A stretch of DNA of 64,000 nucleotides, taken from positions 186,001-250,000 of IMG/VR virus record IMGVR_UViG_3300009093_000034, one strand, 5' to 3'. Below are positions 37,530 through 46,738 of this stretch, piece by piece. A program made the translations under genes and the position numbers. Under the pieces are notes generated by a model. It saw nothing but the letters and a program-made list of their open reading frames with translations, was not told where the DNA came from and did not search any database. Position 1 is the first letter of the stretch; the number at the start of each line of letters is the position of its first letter.

Positions 37530-37796
37530 ATGGTCTACGTTGATCAAAGTAAGATCAAGTACGGTTGGATGATCATGAGTCACATGATCTCCGATAACGA
37601 GGCCGAGCTTCATGCCTTTGCGCAAAAGCTCGGCCTTAAACGTTCTTGGTTTCATAGGGACCACTACGACATCTCTCAATCTAAGAAACAAGAAGCTCTT
37701 GCTCTAGGAGCTCAAGACGTTACCATCCGATGGGCTGTGAAGTTCATGATGGAGAAACGTCGAGGAAAAAGAAATGGATCTCAGAATCAGAATTGA
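37530..37796 (+). CDS. DUF4031-family protein
   Basis: MVYVD...SHM..D...ELHAFA..LGLKRSWF...HYDI...ALALGA. Confidence 0.85.
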   Translation: MVYVDQSKIKYGWMIMSHMISDNEAELHAFAQKLGLKRSWFHRDHYDISQSKKQEALALGAQDVTIRWAVKFMMEKRRGKRNGSQNQN

Positions 37797-38046
37797 CGGA
37801 GAGCTATTTGATCTACTAAAAGATCGGCTTCTTCAGTTTCATAAAAAAAGTCCTACTTGGAAGCAAGGTGAACTCAGTTTTTGGATCTTCGGAGATCATT
37901 GGGGAGAACTCTCTATGATCATTCCAGCAGAAGGAAATCATTGGACTCCTAAAGACGTGGCACTTGCTGTTCCTCTTTTCAATAAACTTTTAGACGAGAA
38001 CCATCTTATAGAACATTTGAAAGGTCAACAAGTCTTTCTAGGATAA
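37774..38046 (+). CDS. Hypothetical protein
   Basis: Coupled ORF. Confidence 0.55.
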   Translation: MDLRIRIDGELFDLLKDRLLQFHKKSPTWKQGELSFWIFGDHWGELSMIIPAEGNHWTPKDVALAVPLFNKLLDENHLIEHLKGQQVFLG

Positions 38047-38047
38047 T

Positions 38048-38332
38048 ATGGAAACAACAATAAAACTAAACGACGATGATAGTTTGATCATCAAGAACTC
38101 TTCTGGAGAAGAACTTAAGATCTCTATCTCTAAAGACTACCATCATTTTTATGTTGTCTATGGTAACGAATTTCATGAACTTGCTCCTGGCTATACTCAC
38201 TCAGGAAAAGTTGTACGAGAAGAGACAAAACCTATGAAATGGGTTCCAAGTGACGACGAATGGTGTGGTAGCGCCCCTAACCCAGAAGGTTATGGTAGAG
38301 ATCGATATAGAGATGGTATGTGCTATGAATGA
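38048..38332 (+). CDS. Hypothetical protein
   Basis: Coupled ORF. Confidence 0.55.
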   Translation: METTIKLNDDDSLIIKNSSGEELKISISKDYHHFYVVYGNEFHELAPGYTHSGKVVREETKPMKWVPSDDEWCGSAPNPEGYGRDRYRDGMCYE

Positions 38333-38359
38333 TTATACTACCTTTCAAAGGAAGGAAGT

Positions 38360-38611
38360 ATGATCTTTATCTTAGAAGAAGCTTTCATGAATGGCACCGT
38401 CACAATGGCAACTCTAATAACAGGAGTTGAAGCTGAGTCTTTTGATGATGCTGTGATTAAGGTTCGAAAAGTCCCTAATCTTCTATCTTTAGAAGCAGAA
38501 GGTAAAGTTGCCTGGTATCAAAAAGATGGAGAAGTGGGATACACCATTCAAGGCGGAGATTTTCCTACGGTTGGTAGGATGACGAATAAAGTCTTGAACA
38601 TGTTGGAGTAG
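38360..38611 (+). CDS. Hypothetical protein
   Basis: TATACT and AAGGA upstream. Confidence 0.55.
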   Translation: MIFILEEAFMNGTVTMATLITGVEAESFDDAVIKVRKVPNLLSLEAEGKVAWYQKDGEVGYTIQGGDFPTVGRMTNKVLNMLE

Positions 38612-38614
38612 TAA

Positions 38615-39094
38615 ATGCCTGAAGCAGACGATCAACACAATGAGCATGAAAAAGAGATGTTAGAACGACAGGAAAATCTGGATAAACTATATGCACAATC
38701 TAGATCTCTTAAAGAAGGGATGTCTGTAGTTCAGCTTAGAGACTTCTTGAACAGATGCATTGATAATGGACTATCAGAGAACCGAGTAACCATCGATACC
38801 GAAGCTGCCACTTTTACCTGTCATCTTGTAGATGTTCAAGCAGCTAGTGTCATGCTAGATTGGGGCCAAGGTGACATGGTCACTCTTCATCCTGAGTACA
38901 GGAATGGCGAGATGCTTCACGTTCCAGATCAAGCTCTTACAGAAACTGACATTGATGGGATCATTGAACTTCTTGATGACTGCATCTTAGTTAAGACCAC
39001 CCATCGTGGCGGTGAAGAGTGTGGAGAAGACGAACCTTACATCAACAAAGATAGAGCAAAGAAACTCATCAAAGAGTTCTTGGAGCTACCATGA
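38615..39094 (+). CDS. Hypothetical protein
   Basis: 159 aa acidic ORF. Confidence 0.6.
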   Translation: MPEADDQHNEHEKEMLERQENLDKLYAQSRSLKEGMSVVQLRDFLNRCIDNGLSENRVTIDTEAATFTCHLVDVQAASVMLDWGQGDMVTLHPEYRNGEMLHVPDQALTETDIDGIIELLDDCILVKTTHRGGEECGEDEPYINKDRAKKLIKEFLELP

Positions 39095-39231
39095 AAGTTT
39101 TCTTTCAAGTCTTGGGTTTAATAGTTTTGATCGTGTTCCTTTGCTTGTTTTTCGGAAACATCGACCACCCTGAGAGAATTGGGGAATGGTTTGGAAAGAT
39201 CGTTAACGGATTTAAGGAGAGTGTAAAATGA
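39091..39231 (+). CDS. 46-aa TatA-like membrane peptide (not in ORF track)
   Basis: MKVFFQVLGLIVLIVFLCLFFGNIDHPERIGEWFGKIVNGFKESVK; ATGA overlaps at both ends. Confidence 0.5.
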   Translation: MKVFFQVLGLIVLIVFLCLFFGNIDHPERIGEWFGKIVNGFKESVK

Positions 39232-39497
39232 GTGATTGGGCTATCAATGTACTGAACGGTCTTTGGTTAGGTGCCGTTCTTCTTCTTATTGGTATCGTAG
39301 GTCATAACTTAGATCTAGATGCTACCAGAAAACATGAAGAAGAGCAAACCAAGATTAGTCTTCAACACCACTGGTTGGACCTTCAGCAGGCCAGACTTGA
39401 GTATGACAAGCAAAATCATATCACCTTCGTCATGGATCAATATCCATTCGGAACTCAAGTTGTTACTCAAGGACAGTCTGTTAGCGTAACTCGTTGA
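39228..39497 (+). CDS. Membrane protein
   Basis: N-terminal TM; AAGGAG SD. Confidence 0.6.
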   Translation: MSDWAINVLNGLWLGAVLLLIGIVGHNLDLDATRKHEEEQTKISLQHHWLDLQQARLEYDKQNHITFVMDQYPFGTQVVTQGQSVSVTR

Positions 39498-39503
39498 GAT
39501 ATT
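39495..39503 (+). promoter_or_regulatory. TGAGATATT promoter motif (probably leaderless transcript)
   Basis: ATG 39513 only 9 nt downstream, no SD. Confidence 0.6.
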
Positions 39504-39512
39504 ATACCAGAA

Positions 39513-39788
39513 ATGAAAGACTGGAAAGAGCTGGGTCTCAAAGGACCTCCGGATGATCCTGAGGTTTTGGCTATCCTAGCTAAAAACAAAGAGATCACCA
39601 AGAGACAGAACGAACTCATTCAAGAAGCCCATGCCTTAACTAAAGCAGTTAAGCCTCCCTGTGAATGGTGCAGGTTTGATGGAGAGTTCAGGTGCGAGGC
39701 TTGTTCTTCCAATAACTATGAAGGGTTCAACATCAGAGATTATCCGTCCTATGACGTGGAGTTTGTCCCTGACGCGTATGAAGAGTAA
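39513..39788 (+). CDS. Small Zn-finger protein
   Basis: CEWC...CEAC. Confidence 0.6.
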   Translation: MKDWKELGLKGPPDDPEVLAILAKNKEITKRQNELIQEAHALTKAVKPPCEWCRFDGEFRCEACSSNNYEGFNIRDYPSYDVEFVPDAYEE

Positions 39789-40176
39789 CGCTGTGAAAGA
39801 CATTGAAGAGATGATCTCAAACTTTAGGATCAATGATCCTTTTTGGTTGAGATACAGAGAAGGCGATTGTGCCTTCTTTGCCATGGCTCTTCATGATATC
39901 ATAGGTCTTCATGAATCTACCATTGTCTCTCTTTGGGTAGACATTGGAACGGCGAAGTCTCCTTGTTGGCTTCATGATACCGTTCATTGGAATGGATTTC
40001 TTTGGGACGTTGACGGTCCAGCTACAATAGCTGAGAAACTCAAGTCCTGGGAAAAACGAGAAGAAGGCCGTGGGTTCTATTGGAAACAAGGAACCGGGAT
40101 CGAAAAAGAATATGAGATCAAGCTTGAAGACGTCCGTCTTCTGAAGCACCAGATCTTAGGGAAGATTTACGCATGA
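39778..40176 (+). CDS. Hypothetical protein
   Basis: YREGDCAFFAMALH...H....DVDG; start re-assigned. Confidence 0.6.
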   Translation: MKSNAVKDIEEMISNFRINDPFWLRYREGDCAFFAMALHDIIGLHESTIVSLWVDIGTAKSPCWLHDTVHWNGFLWDVDGPATIAEKLKSWEKREEGRGFYWKQGTGIEKEYEIKLEDVRLLKHQILGKIYA

Positions 40177-40682
40177 AAGAAAGTAAAGTGATTGAACTCA
40201 TCTGCACGGATCACAGAGGTAATTACACAGCAGAAGGAAAAGCCTTAGTTACTGTTTTTAAGGAGAAGTTCCCTGAGAATGTCGGAGAAACTTCAGGCTT
40301 TTTTATTAGGGACTCACAAAGAGTTTGGGTTCCTCTGGATTACCTTGGCTCTAACAATGCGTATCTTCACAAAAATAGGACCGTAAGTTATTACACCTAC
40401 GAGAAAGTTGAAACTCCTCAATCATTCTTAGGATTTAAGACAAAGCCTAAGATTGAGATTGAATGGGTGGGTTCCGAGGTGGTCTTGGAGATCATTGACG
40501 ACAAGCTCGTGGTCCATAATACCGTGCTAGCTAAGAAATTCATGAATCTTCTTAGTGCTGCTTTGATCGAAGAACGAGAAAAAGAAATTCAAGAACAAAA
40601 ACAGAAAGAGAAAGATGACAAGGAAAAAGAAGAGACTAGACTAAAGCTCCTAGAAGCTTTAGATATCGATGCAGGAGAGTAA
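40173..40682 (+). CDS. Hypothetical protein
   Basis: ATGA coupling. Confidence 0.6.
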   Translation: MKESKVIELICTDHRGNYTAEGKALVTVFKEKFPENVGETSGFFIRDSQRVWVPLDYLGSNNAYLHKNRTVSYYTYEKVETPQSFLGFKTKPKIEIEWVGSEVVLEIIDDKLVVHNTVLAKKFMNLLSAALIEEREKEIQEQKQKEKDDKEKEETRLKLLEALDIDAGE

Positions 40683-41256
40683 CATGTACATTGATTGGTT
40701 TCCTTTCGTCGGAGCGATGATCTCATTCACTGGAATCTTGATCATCGTCGGTGTTGCTATCTCTTCTTGTTTTTACAAGAAGGGAACGACCAAGTGGATC
40801 TTCTCTATCGGTAAGAAAGAGATCAAAGGTCTTATCACCTCTTCTTTAGCTATCACTGGACTTATCTTTCTCAACCTTCTTCTTTGCAAGAATTGGGCTC
40901 CTGAGTTCTACAAACCAGGTGATACCTTCTACTATACCCCTTCTTTCATTGATGTGAAAGACCCTTTCATTGATGCTAAGAAGAAGGTTCCTACCAGGAG
41001 TTTCACTGTCAAGGAAGTTAAGGATGGTTATGTTCTTTACGAAGAGATCTTCTACGATGAGTGGTGGGCATTTGGTGATGATCGTTTCTTTGATCTGAGA
41101 AGCGAGCCCATTGACAGATTCCACTATCACATTGAGAACATGTCTAGGATCCCTTATGGTCCAGTTCCCAGCAAAGAAGAGATGCAGAAGAAGGTTGACC
41201 TTAGGAACAAGGCCATCGACGAGTACCTGCGTTTGTTTGAAAAAGGTAAAAAGTAG
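40669..41256 (+). CDS. Membrane protein
   Basis: Two N-terminal TM segments. Confidence 0.6.
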   Translation: MQESNMYIDWFPFVGAMISFTGILIIVGVAISSCFYKKGTTKWIFSIGKKEIKGLITSSLAITGLIFLNLLLCKNWAPEFYKPGDTFYYTPSFIDVKDPFIDAKKKVPTRSFTVKEVKDGYVLYEEIFYDEWWAFGDDRFFDLRSEPIDRFHYHIENMSRIPYGPVPSKEEMQKKVDLRNKAIDEYLRLFEKGKK

Positions 41257-41291
41257 ACCATAAAGGTCTAGAAAAATAAAGGAGAGTATCC

Positions 41292-41618
41292 GTGGAAGAT
41301 ACCAAGACCCTACCTTCTGACGAAAGTTCGAAGGAGTTCAAAGAAGCTTTGGCTGCAGCAGTAGCTGAAGGTTCTGAGAACATGACCCCAAAGAAAAAGA
41401 CGACAGGCCGAAAGAAGGCTGCTGAGAAAACTGAAGTCGAAACCAAGACTGAGTTGACCCCCTTCCAGAAGTACTGGAAGAATCTCGGTTCCAAGAACGA
41501 ACCTCGAGTTTTCCCAGATCACTATCGGTTTCATCTGACCAAGAAAGAGCGTAAGGGAAAGACTTACGAACAGATCCAGGAACTTCGAAAGGAACTTTTC
41601 AGTCTGTCCAAGATGTAA
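41292..41618 (+). CDS. Hypothetical protein
   Basis: AAGGAG SD. Confidence 0.6.
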   Translation: MEDTKTLPSDESSKEFKEALAAAVAEGSENMTPKKKTTGRKKAAEKTEVETKTELTPFQKYWKNLGSKNEPRVFPDHYRFHLTKKERKGKTYEQIQELRKELFSLSKM

Positions 41619-41638
41619 CCAAAAAAGTTAAATTTATT

Positions 41639-41667
41639 TTTACTCTTGTCATCCCTTGTGAGATATT
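41639..41667 (+). promoter_or_regulatory. Sigma70-type promoter: TTTACT-17 nt-GATATT with TG extension and AT-rich UP region
   Basis: Spacing counted directly; contains TGAGATATT 41659-41667. Confidence 0.75.
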
Positions 41668-41688
41668 GTATCCGCAAGGAGATGGCAA

Positions 41689-42381
41689 ATGACCAGTTCC
41701 CAGTTCTTGACTGAGATTAAGGCTTACGCTAAAGAAGCGAACAACCTCTATTTCGACGGAGAATTGGACTTGAACAAGATTCACTTCGTGGTCTCCACGA
41801 GGATGTTCAGGACTCTGGGACTTGCTAACCATCGCTTCAACAAGCGCCTCAATCGTGTGGTTTACTCCATTAAGATGGCGAGTCTGTTGTCTGGAACCGA
41901 CACCCACAACTGGCACAACGTTCTGGTCCATGAGATGGTTCACATCTGGCAGTACATGAATGGTTATTTCGACCATCACGGAAACTCCTTCTTGATGAAG
42001 GCTGCTCAGATTGGCCGAATTGATCCTGACATGCACATCGAGAGACTTTGTCATCTGAATGACCACAAGAACAGGTCGGTCTTGGCCAAGGTTCTTGCTG
42101 TGAAGGCTGCTCGTTCTTCTGCTGCTACTAAGAAGACCCAGTACCTGGTTTCCAAGAATGGCAAGTTCTTCTTCATCACCTGTATCAAGGTGAAGGGAAT
42201 TGCTACTCTTCAGAAGAAAGGATACTCTGTTTTCAGGCTCAAGAAGCAGATCACCAGGGTTCAGAACACCAGAAACCTGGAGAAACTCCTTGAAGAACGT
42301 CGGTACTACAGCAAAGAGATTCTTCTTAAGAACTTTCCTGAACTTCCGAGCTTGATGGTCAAGCTCAACCCCACAAAGTAA
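41689..42381 (+). CDS. SprT-like zinc metalloprotease
   Basis: N..YFDGEL, VLVHEMVH, HHG..F motifs. Confidence 0.85.
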   Translation: MTSSQFLTEIKAYAKEANNLYFDGELDLNKIHFVVSTRMFRTLGLANHRFNKRLNRVVYSIKMASLLSGTDTHNWHNVLVHEMVHIWQYMNGYFDHHGNSFLMKAAQIGRIDPDMHIERLCHLNDHKNRSVLAKVLAVKAARSSAATKKTQYLVSKNGKFFFITCIKVKGIATLQKKGYSVFRLKKQITRVQNTRNLEKLLEERRYYSKEILLKNFPELPSLMVKLNPTK

Positions 42382-42387
42382 GATTTG

Positions 42388-42419
42388 AAGGACCGCACTA
42401 AGCGGTCCTTTTTCTTTTT
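42388..42419 (+). terminator. Rho-independent terminator
   Basis: AAGGACCGC-ACTAA-GCGGTCCTT then T-run. Confidence 0.85.
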
Positions 42420-42431
42420 ATACTACTGCTC

Positions 42432-43418
42432 ATGGCAGTAACAATCATCATTGAAGGCCCGAATCTATCGGGAAAGAGTACCTTATCCAAGGCTCTGTCA
42501 GAACGACTTGGAATTCCAGTCGTCCACAACTCTAAGCCTGAAGACGGCTTCAGAGACAATCTCAAGTTCTCCATGGAGAACAAAGAGAACATCATTCTAG
42601 ATCGACACCACCTCGGAGAAGTCGTTTACCCTGCATTGAAGAGGGACGGACGACAGCCCCTTGAGCTATGGGAACAACATATGATCGAGAGAGTTCTTGA
42701 ATCCAAGGGAACGATCTTGATTCTTTGTAGTGCAGACCTTCAGTTTCGACTACAAAAGTTCGATGAGAGAGGTGAAGACTTTGTCACCAAGAATGAGCTT
42801 AAAGATGAAGGAGATCTCTTCGAAGATGCCTTCAATCGAAGCCTTCTCTCCAACAAGTTTGACTATCGTCTTCCTTTTACCGATGAAGATAAGACTGAAC
42901 GATTTCTTGATTTTATAGAAGAAAGATACAACTATCTTCTTGAAATCTCTGAAGAGTTTGAAGAGTATGAACACCAAGGTTATCTTCCTTCAGATCCTTA
43001 CTCTGAGCCCACGGCAGTTATTATCGGAGATAGCTATGGTGACAAAACATCTGTTGGATCTGGAACAAAGAGAGCTTTTGTATCTCCTATTGGATCAAGC
43101 AGACACCTTGCTCAAGCTCTAGCTATGATTCATCGTCCAACAGATAAACTTTACATCACCAATGCTTGGAAGTACATTGATAACAGAGAAGTAAGTCGTC
43201 AAACTCTTGTTGAAGAACTTTATTTTGTTGGAGCTTCCAAATGTCCTATTATTGTTCTTGGTTATGAAGCCAAGAAAGCTTTGGATGGAATCAATACAGA
43301 TGGTCTCTTTTCCCATTATACTTTTGTAAACCATCCTCAGTTTGAGTTTAGGTTCAAGAACAAAGAGATCGGGAGATACGCTAAGGCTCTCGACATTGCA
43401 TTGGGAGTCAACAGGTGA
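42432..43418 (+). CDS. dNMP kinase fused to a uracil-DNA-glycosylase-like domain
   Basis: IEGPNLSGKST, ILDRHH.GE.VY; C-terminal IIGD...YITNA...IVLG..A...NHPQ UDG-superfamily pattern. Confidence 0.75.
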   Translation: MAVTIIIEGPNLSGKSTLSKALSERLGIPVVHNSKPEDGFRDNLKFSMENKENIILDRHHLGEVVYPALKRDGRQPLELWEQHMIERVLESKGTILILCSADLQFRLQKFDERGEDFVTKNELKDEGDLFEDAFNRSLLSNKFDYRLPFTDEDKTERFLDFIEERYNYLLEISEEFEEYEHQGYLPSDPYSEPTAVIIGDSYGDKTSVGSGTKRAFVSPIGSSRHLAQALAMIHRPTDKLYITNAWKYIDNREVSRQTLVEELYFVGASKCPIIVLGYEAKKALDGINTDGLFSHYTFVNHPQFEFRFKNKEIGRYAKALDIALGVNR

Positions 43419-44713
43419 GTCAACAAAACAACAACGGAGTAGCCCAGTCTTTATTCATGGCTCTCAAGTATCTATACGATGAAGGAAAGTTTGTTCCGGA
43501 TAAGACAGGAGTCAAGACTGTTGAGATCGTCAACGGAAGTATCTCTCTAGATCCGCAGTTTCCTTACTTAGACCTGGGAATTTTCAAGGCCAAGGAAGAA
43601 TACATCAAAAAAGAACTTGAGTGGTATCTCTCTCAAAAGTTAAACATCCATCCTATAATGGATGATGTAAAGATTTGGAATGAAGTCTGTGGTAGAAATG
43701 GAGAGATCAACTCCAACTATGGTTGGGCAGTTTTTAGTCCAGAAAACTGGGATCAATTTGGGTATGTTCTCAGTTGCTTAAAGAAAGATAAGTGGTCTCG
43801 TAGAGCTGTTATGCAATACAACAGACCTGTCATGGTAGTAGACTATAACAGAGATGGAATGTCTGATTATCTTTGTACTCTTTCTGTTCAAGTGTTGATC
43901 AGAGATAGCAAACTTTACTACATCGTCACTCAACGATCTTGTGATTTTAGAACAGGTCTTCCTAACGACTTTGCTTGGCACGCTTGGGTTTACAAGTCTC
44001 TTTTCAACTTGTTGAAAGAGGAGTATCCAGATCTTGAATATTCAGAAGATGGTATCCAAATGAACTTTGGGTCTGTTCATCTCTACGAGAGAAATTTTGG
44101 ACTCTTCCAAAAGTGGGAAGAATATCTTCAAGAACAGTCTAAGATCGAACAAGATAAGTTAACAAACTCGATAGCCATTGTTCCTAGAAAAAAGTGGTAT
44201 CCCGCTATGTACTTCACAAAGGTACGAGACGTTCAAAGTCCATTGAGAGCCCATGATACCGATGCGGGTATGGACTTCTATGTTCCTAAATTCTCCGATG
44301 ATTTCATCAGAGACTTTGAAGTAAAGAATCCCAAGATCAAAGTGATCGACAAGATCAACATTGAACTTAAGCCTCATGAAAGAGTCTTGATCCCAAGTGG
44401 AATCAAGGCACACGTTCCTGAGAACCACATGCTCATGACCGAGAACAAATCTGGTGTCGCTTCTAAGCTAGGACTTGACGTTATGGCTAAGATCGTTGAC
44501 GAACCTTACAATGGAGAGATACATCTTTCATTGGCCAACACTTCCAACGAAACCGTACTGATTACAGAAGGACAGAAGTTGGTTCAGTTGATCGCTGTTC
44601 CGGTTTCTTATGTTGTCCCTACAGAGATCACAAACGAAGAGTACCAAAGCCTTCCTCGATGGCAAGAAACTTCCAGAGGTGAAGGTGGGTTTGGCTCAAC
44701 AGGAACAAAGTAA
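43415..44713 (+). CDS. dCMP hydroxymethylase-like (T4 gp42/thymidylate synthase family) fused to trimeric dUTPase
   Basis: GEINSNYGW, RRAVMQYNRP, DGMSDYLCT, QRSCD...GLPND (Asp at the specificity site), GSVHLYER; C-terminal AGMDF, NKSG, VDEPYNGEI, RGEGGFGSTG. Confidence 0.85.
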   Translation: MSQQNNNGVAQSLFMALKYLYDEGKFVPDKTGVKTVEIVNGSISLDPQFPYLDLGIFKAKEEYIKKELEWYLSQKLNIHPIMDDVKIWNEVCGRNGEINSNYGWAVFSPENWDQFGYVLSCLKKDKWSRRAVMQYNRPVMVVDYNRDGMSDYLCTLSVQVLIRDSKLYYIVTQRSCDFRTGLPNDFAWHAWVYKSLFNLLKEEYPDLEYSEDGIQMNFGSVHLYERNFGLFQKWEEYLQEQSKIEQDKLTNSIAIVPRKKWYPAMYFTKVRDVQSPLRAHDTDAGMDFYVPKFSDDFIRDFEVKNPKIKVIDKINIELKPHERVLIPSGIKAHVPENHMLMTENKSGVASKLGLDVMAKIVDEPYNGEIHLSLANTSNETVLITEGQKLVQLIAVPVSYVVPTEITNEEYQSLPRWQETSRGEGGFGSTGTK

Positions 44714-45102
44714 TGGTATTGACACTGCCTCATGGCGAGTTAACCTATGGATGGAAAACACCTAGAGAGCTTAGACTAGAAGAAGATGATGAAAACTATC
44801 TTCCTCCAGGAATTGAGAAAATCCTTGAGTTAGATGAGTTGTTAGTTGATGACGCGTTTAGAAATAAAGGAATAGGAGGTCTACTTGTAAAGTGGTTTTT
44901 TGCTACTCCTGAAGCAGAAGAAGCTGATGCCTTCTTTCTCGATGTCTCTCCTTCTTATCTAGAAGATGAAGGACTAACGGAAGCTGAAGCTGAGCTTTAC
45001 TTGAGACACTTTTACTCTAAGTTTGGTTTTAAGTCTAAGACTCCACACTCAAGAATGTGGGTCTTTAAGAAACCTCTTCCTATTGAGGACTATCCTTTAT
45101 GA
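44713..45102 (+). CDS. GNAT acetyltransferase
   Basis: LLVDDAFRNKGIGGLL and L..FYSKFGF motifs. Confidence 0.85.
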   Translation: MVLTLPHGELTYGWKTPRELRLEEDDENYLPPGIEKILELDELLVDDAFRNKGIGGLLVKWFFATPEAEEADAFFLDVSPSYLEDEGLTEAEAELYLRHFYSKFGFKSKTPHSRMWVFKKPLPIEDYPL

Positions 45103-45560
45103 GCGAGTTTCTAAATGACCTCTTCTTCATGAAGTGGGCAGAAGACGTTTCAGAAGCTTCCACATGTGCCAAGATCAAGGTCGGGTCTGTCATCACCAAG
45201 AACAAAAGAGTCGTTTCTCTTGGTTACAATGGCGTCCCTTCTGGAGTCGACCATTGTTGTAATCACTTCTCTGGAGATCTTTCTAGAGAAGTCTTAGGGG
45301 AAGATGAGTTCTTGAAACTCCACTCTGAGTTCTCAAATAACTTTGAACTTCATGCTGAGTCTAACGCCATCATTGATGCCTTGAACAGACAACAAGATCT
45401 TACAGGTACCACGTTATACTGTACTTACTCTCCTTGTTCTCACTGTAGCAAGTTGATCATTCAAACAGGGATCAAGAGAGTTGTCTTCAAAAAGTTCTAC
45501 TCAGTCGAGCCTGTTCAATGGCTTAGCCAATTCATATCTGTAACTCACCTTCCAGACTAA
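45099..45560 (+). CDS. dCMP deaminase
   Basis: STC...VG.VI, GYNG.P.G, HAESNAI, SPCSHCSKLI. Confidence 0.93.
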   Translation: MSEFLNDLFFMKWAEDVSEASTCAKIKVGSVITKNKRVVSLGYNGVPSGVDHCCNHFSGDLSREVLGEDEFLKLHSEFSNNFELHAESNAIIDALNRQQDLTGTTLYCTYSPCSHCSKLIIQTGIKRVVFKKFYSVEPVQWLSQFISVTHLPD

Positions 45561-45568
45561 GGATCTTC

Positions 45569-46738
45569 ATGACCACCACAAAGTACTATGACGAGTTTCT
45601 TCGCTATCACGCTATGGCCAAGAAACAGCAAGAGCTGTGCAACCTTGGAACTACTCCCTACTCCCAATCAGGAGTGAACGATGATCTCATGGAGAACGTG
45701 TTTCTCTATGACGTCGTAGAGAGAAAGTACGCAGGGTTCTCGGCTATCATCAACGATTGTTTTTATGGATCAAGTCCAGAACATCCTTACTTTCAGAAGA
45801 TGCAGTTTATTCCTCCTTCACATGATAGAGTTAGAACGATCTTTCTCTGGGACGACGCCAGAAAGAAACTCAGCACTCAAGCTTGGTTCTATGTTTTTCT
45901 TGTTCATCGTTTGACAGGAAGTGGCATCAACTACGCTAAGAATCCTTCAGGCTATCACAACACCATCCTTCCTGCTTTGTCTCAGGCCACGACAATTCCT
46001 GACATGACCGACATCATCAGAGGCTACAAGGGAGGACCTTTCTACACCTCTGTCGGATATCAGTTTCCATCGTTCCCTAAGCCTCTTGGAATTCAAGCTC
46101 GAGCTCTTTATAAGAGAGGTGGAGATTATTTCCTTTGTGAGTACCTACCAGAGTTGGTCCAAAAAGTTTACGAGTATCTCGAGAAAGCCCATTGGTCTGG
46201 AAAGAAGGTTACCTTTAGAGAACTTGGAACTCTCATGTTCGATTGGAACAAGTCAAAAGGTCTCAAAGCCTTCAAGTTCCAATACTCAGCTTTCTTAGCT
46301 GACATCGCAGACTGGTTCCCTGAGTTCATGGATAGAGAATCTCCTTTCTACTATGGAAGCAACGCAGTCCAGTGTCTCTCTTATCTTGTTCAAGGTGGAA
46401 GTAAGTCTGAGACTGTCTTTGACAAGTTGATGGAGAAGATCTACCAAGACACAGGCTCAGTTCCTTACAACGCAGAGGACGTTTGTTGTGACTTCATCAG
46501 ATACGTTGAGAACTATATCCGTCCAGGTGCTGATTACGGACATCTAGATATGGATAAAATTTGGTCTAGTTCAAAGATCTTGGATCATCCTTTTGGCCGA
46601 CAAAAGGCCATGTTGGATCTAAGGCTTGTTCAATCATTTAACAATCTCTCCTTCCACCCAACTGGAGATACTATTCTCTCAAACAGTGGTTTCTCTGTTG
46701 ACCAATACAGAGAAGCAATCAAGAAAGGACACTTCTAA
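45569..46738 (+). CDS. aGPT-pyrophosphorylase-superfamily HhH-fold DNA-modification protein (clade uncertain)
   Basis: FQY...ADI....F....S..YYGSNA..CL and EDVCCDFIRY resemble the 5-hmdU DNA kinase helical / amino acid:DNA transferase families; cluster context. Confidence 0.55.
   Translation: MTTTKYYDEFLRYHAMAKKQQELCNLGTTPYSQSGVNDDLMENVFLYDVVERKYAGFSAIINDCFYGSSPEHPYFQKMQFIPPSHDRVRTIFLWDDARKKLSTQAWFYVFLVHRLTGSGINYAKNPSGYHNTILPALSQATTIPDMTDIIRGYKGGPFYTSVGYQFPSFPKPLGIQARALYKRGGDYFLCEYLPELVQKVYEYLEKAHWSGKKVTFRELGTLMFDWNKSKGLKAFKFQYSAFLADIADWFPEFMDRESPFYYGSNAVQCLSYLVQGGSKSETVFDKLMEKIYQDTGSVPYNAEDVCCDFIRYVENYIRPGADYGHLDMDKIWSSSKILDHPFGRQKAMLDLRLVQSFNNLSFHPTGDTILSNSGFSVDQYREAIKKGHF

Noticed and set aside
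43415-44206. Ordinary thymidylate synthase (thyA)
   Set aside because: Asp rather than Asn at the specificity position, and T4 gp42-like motifs
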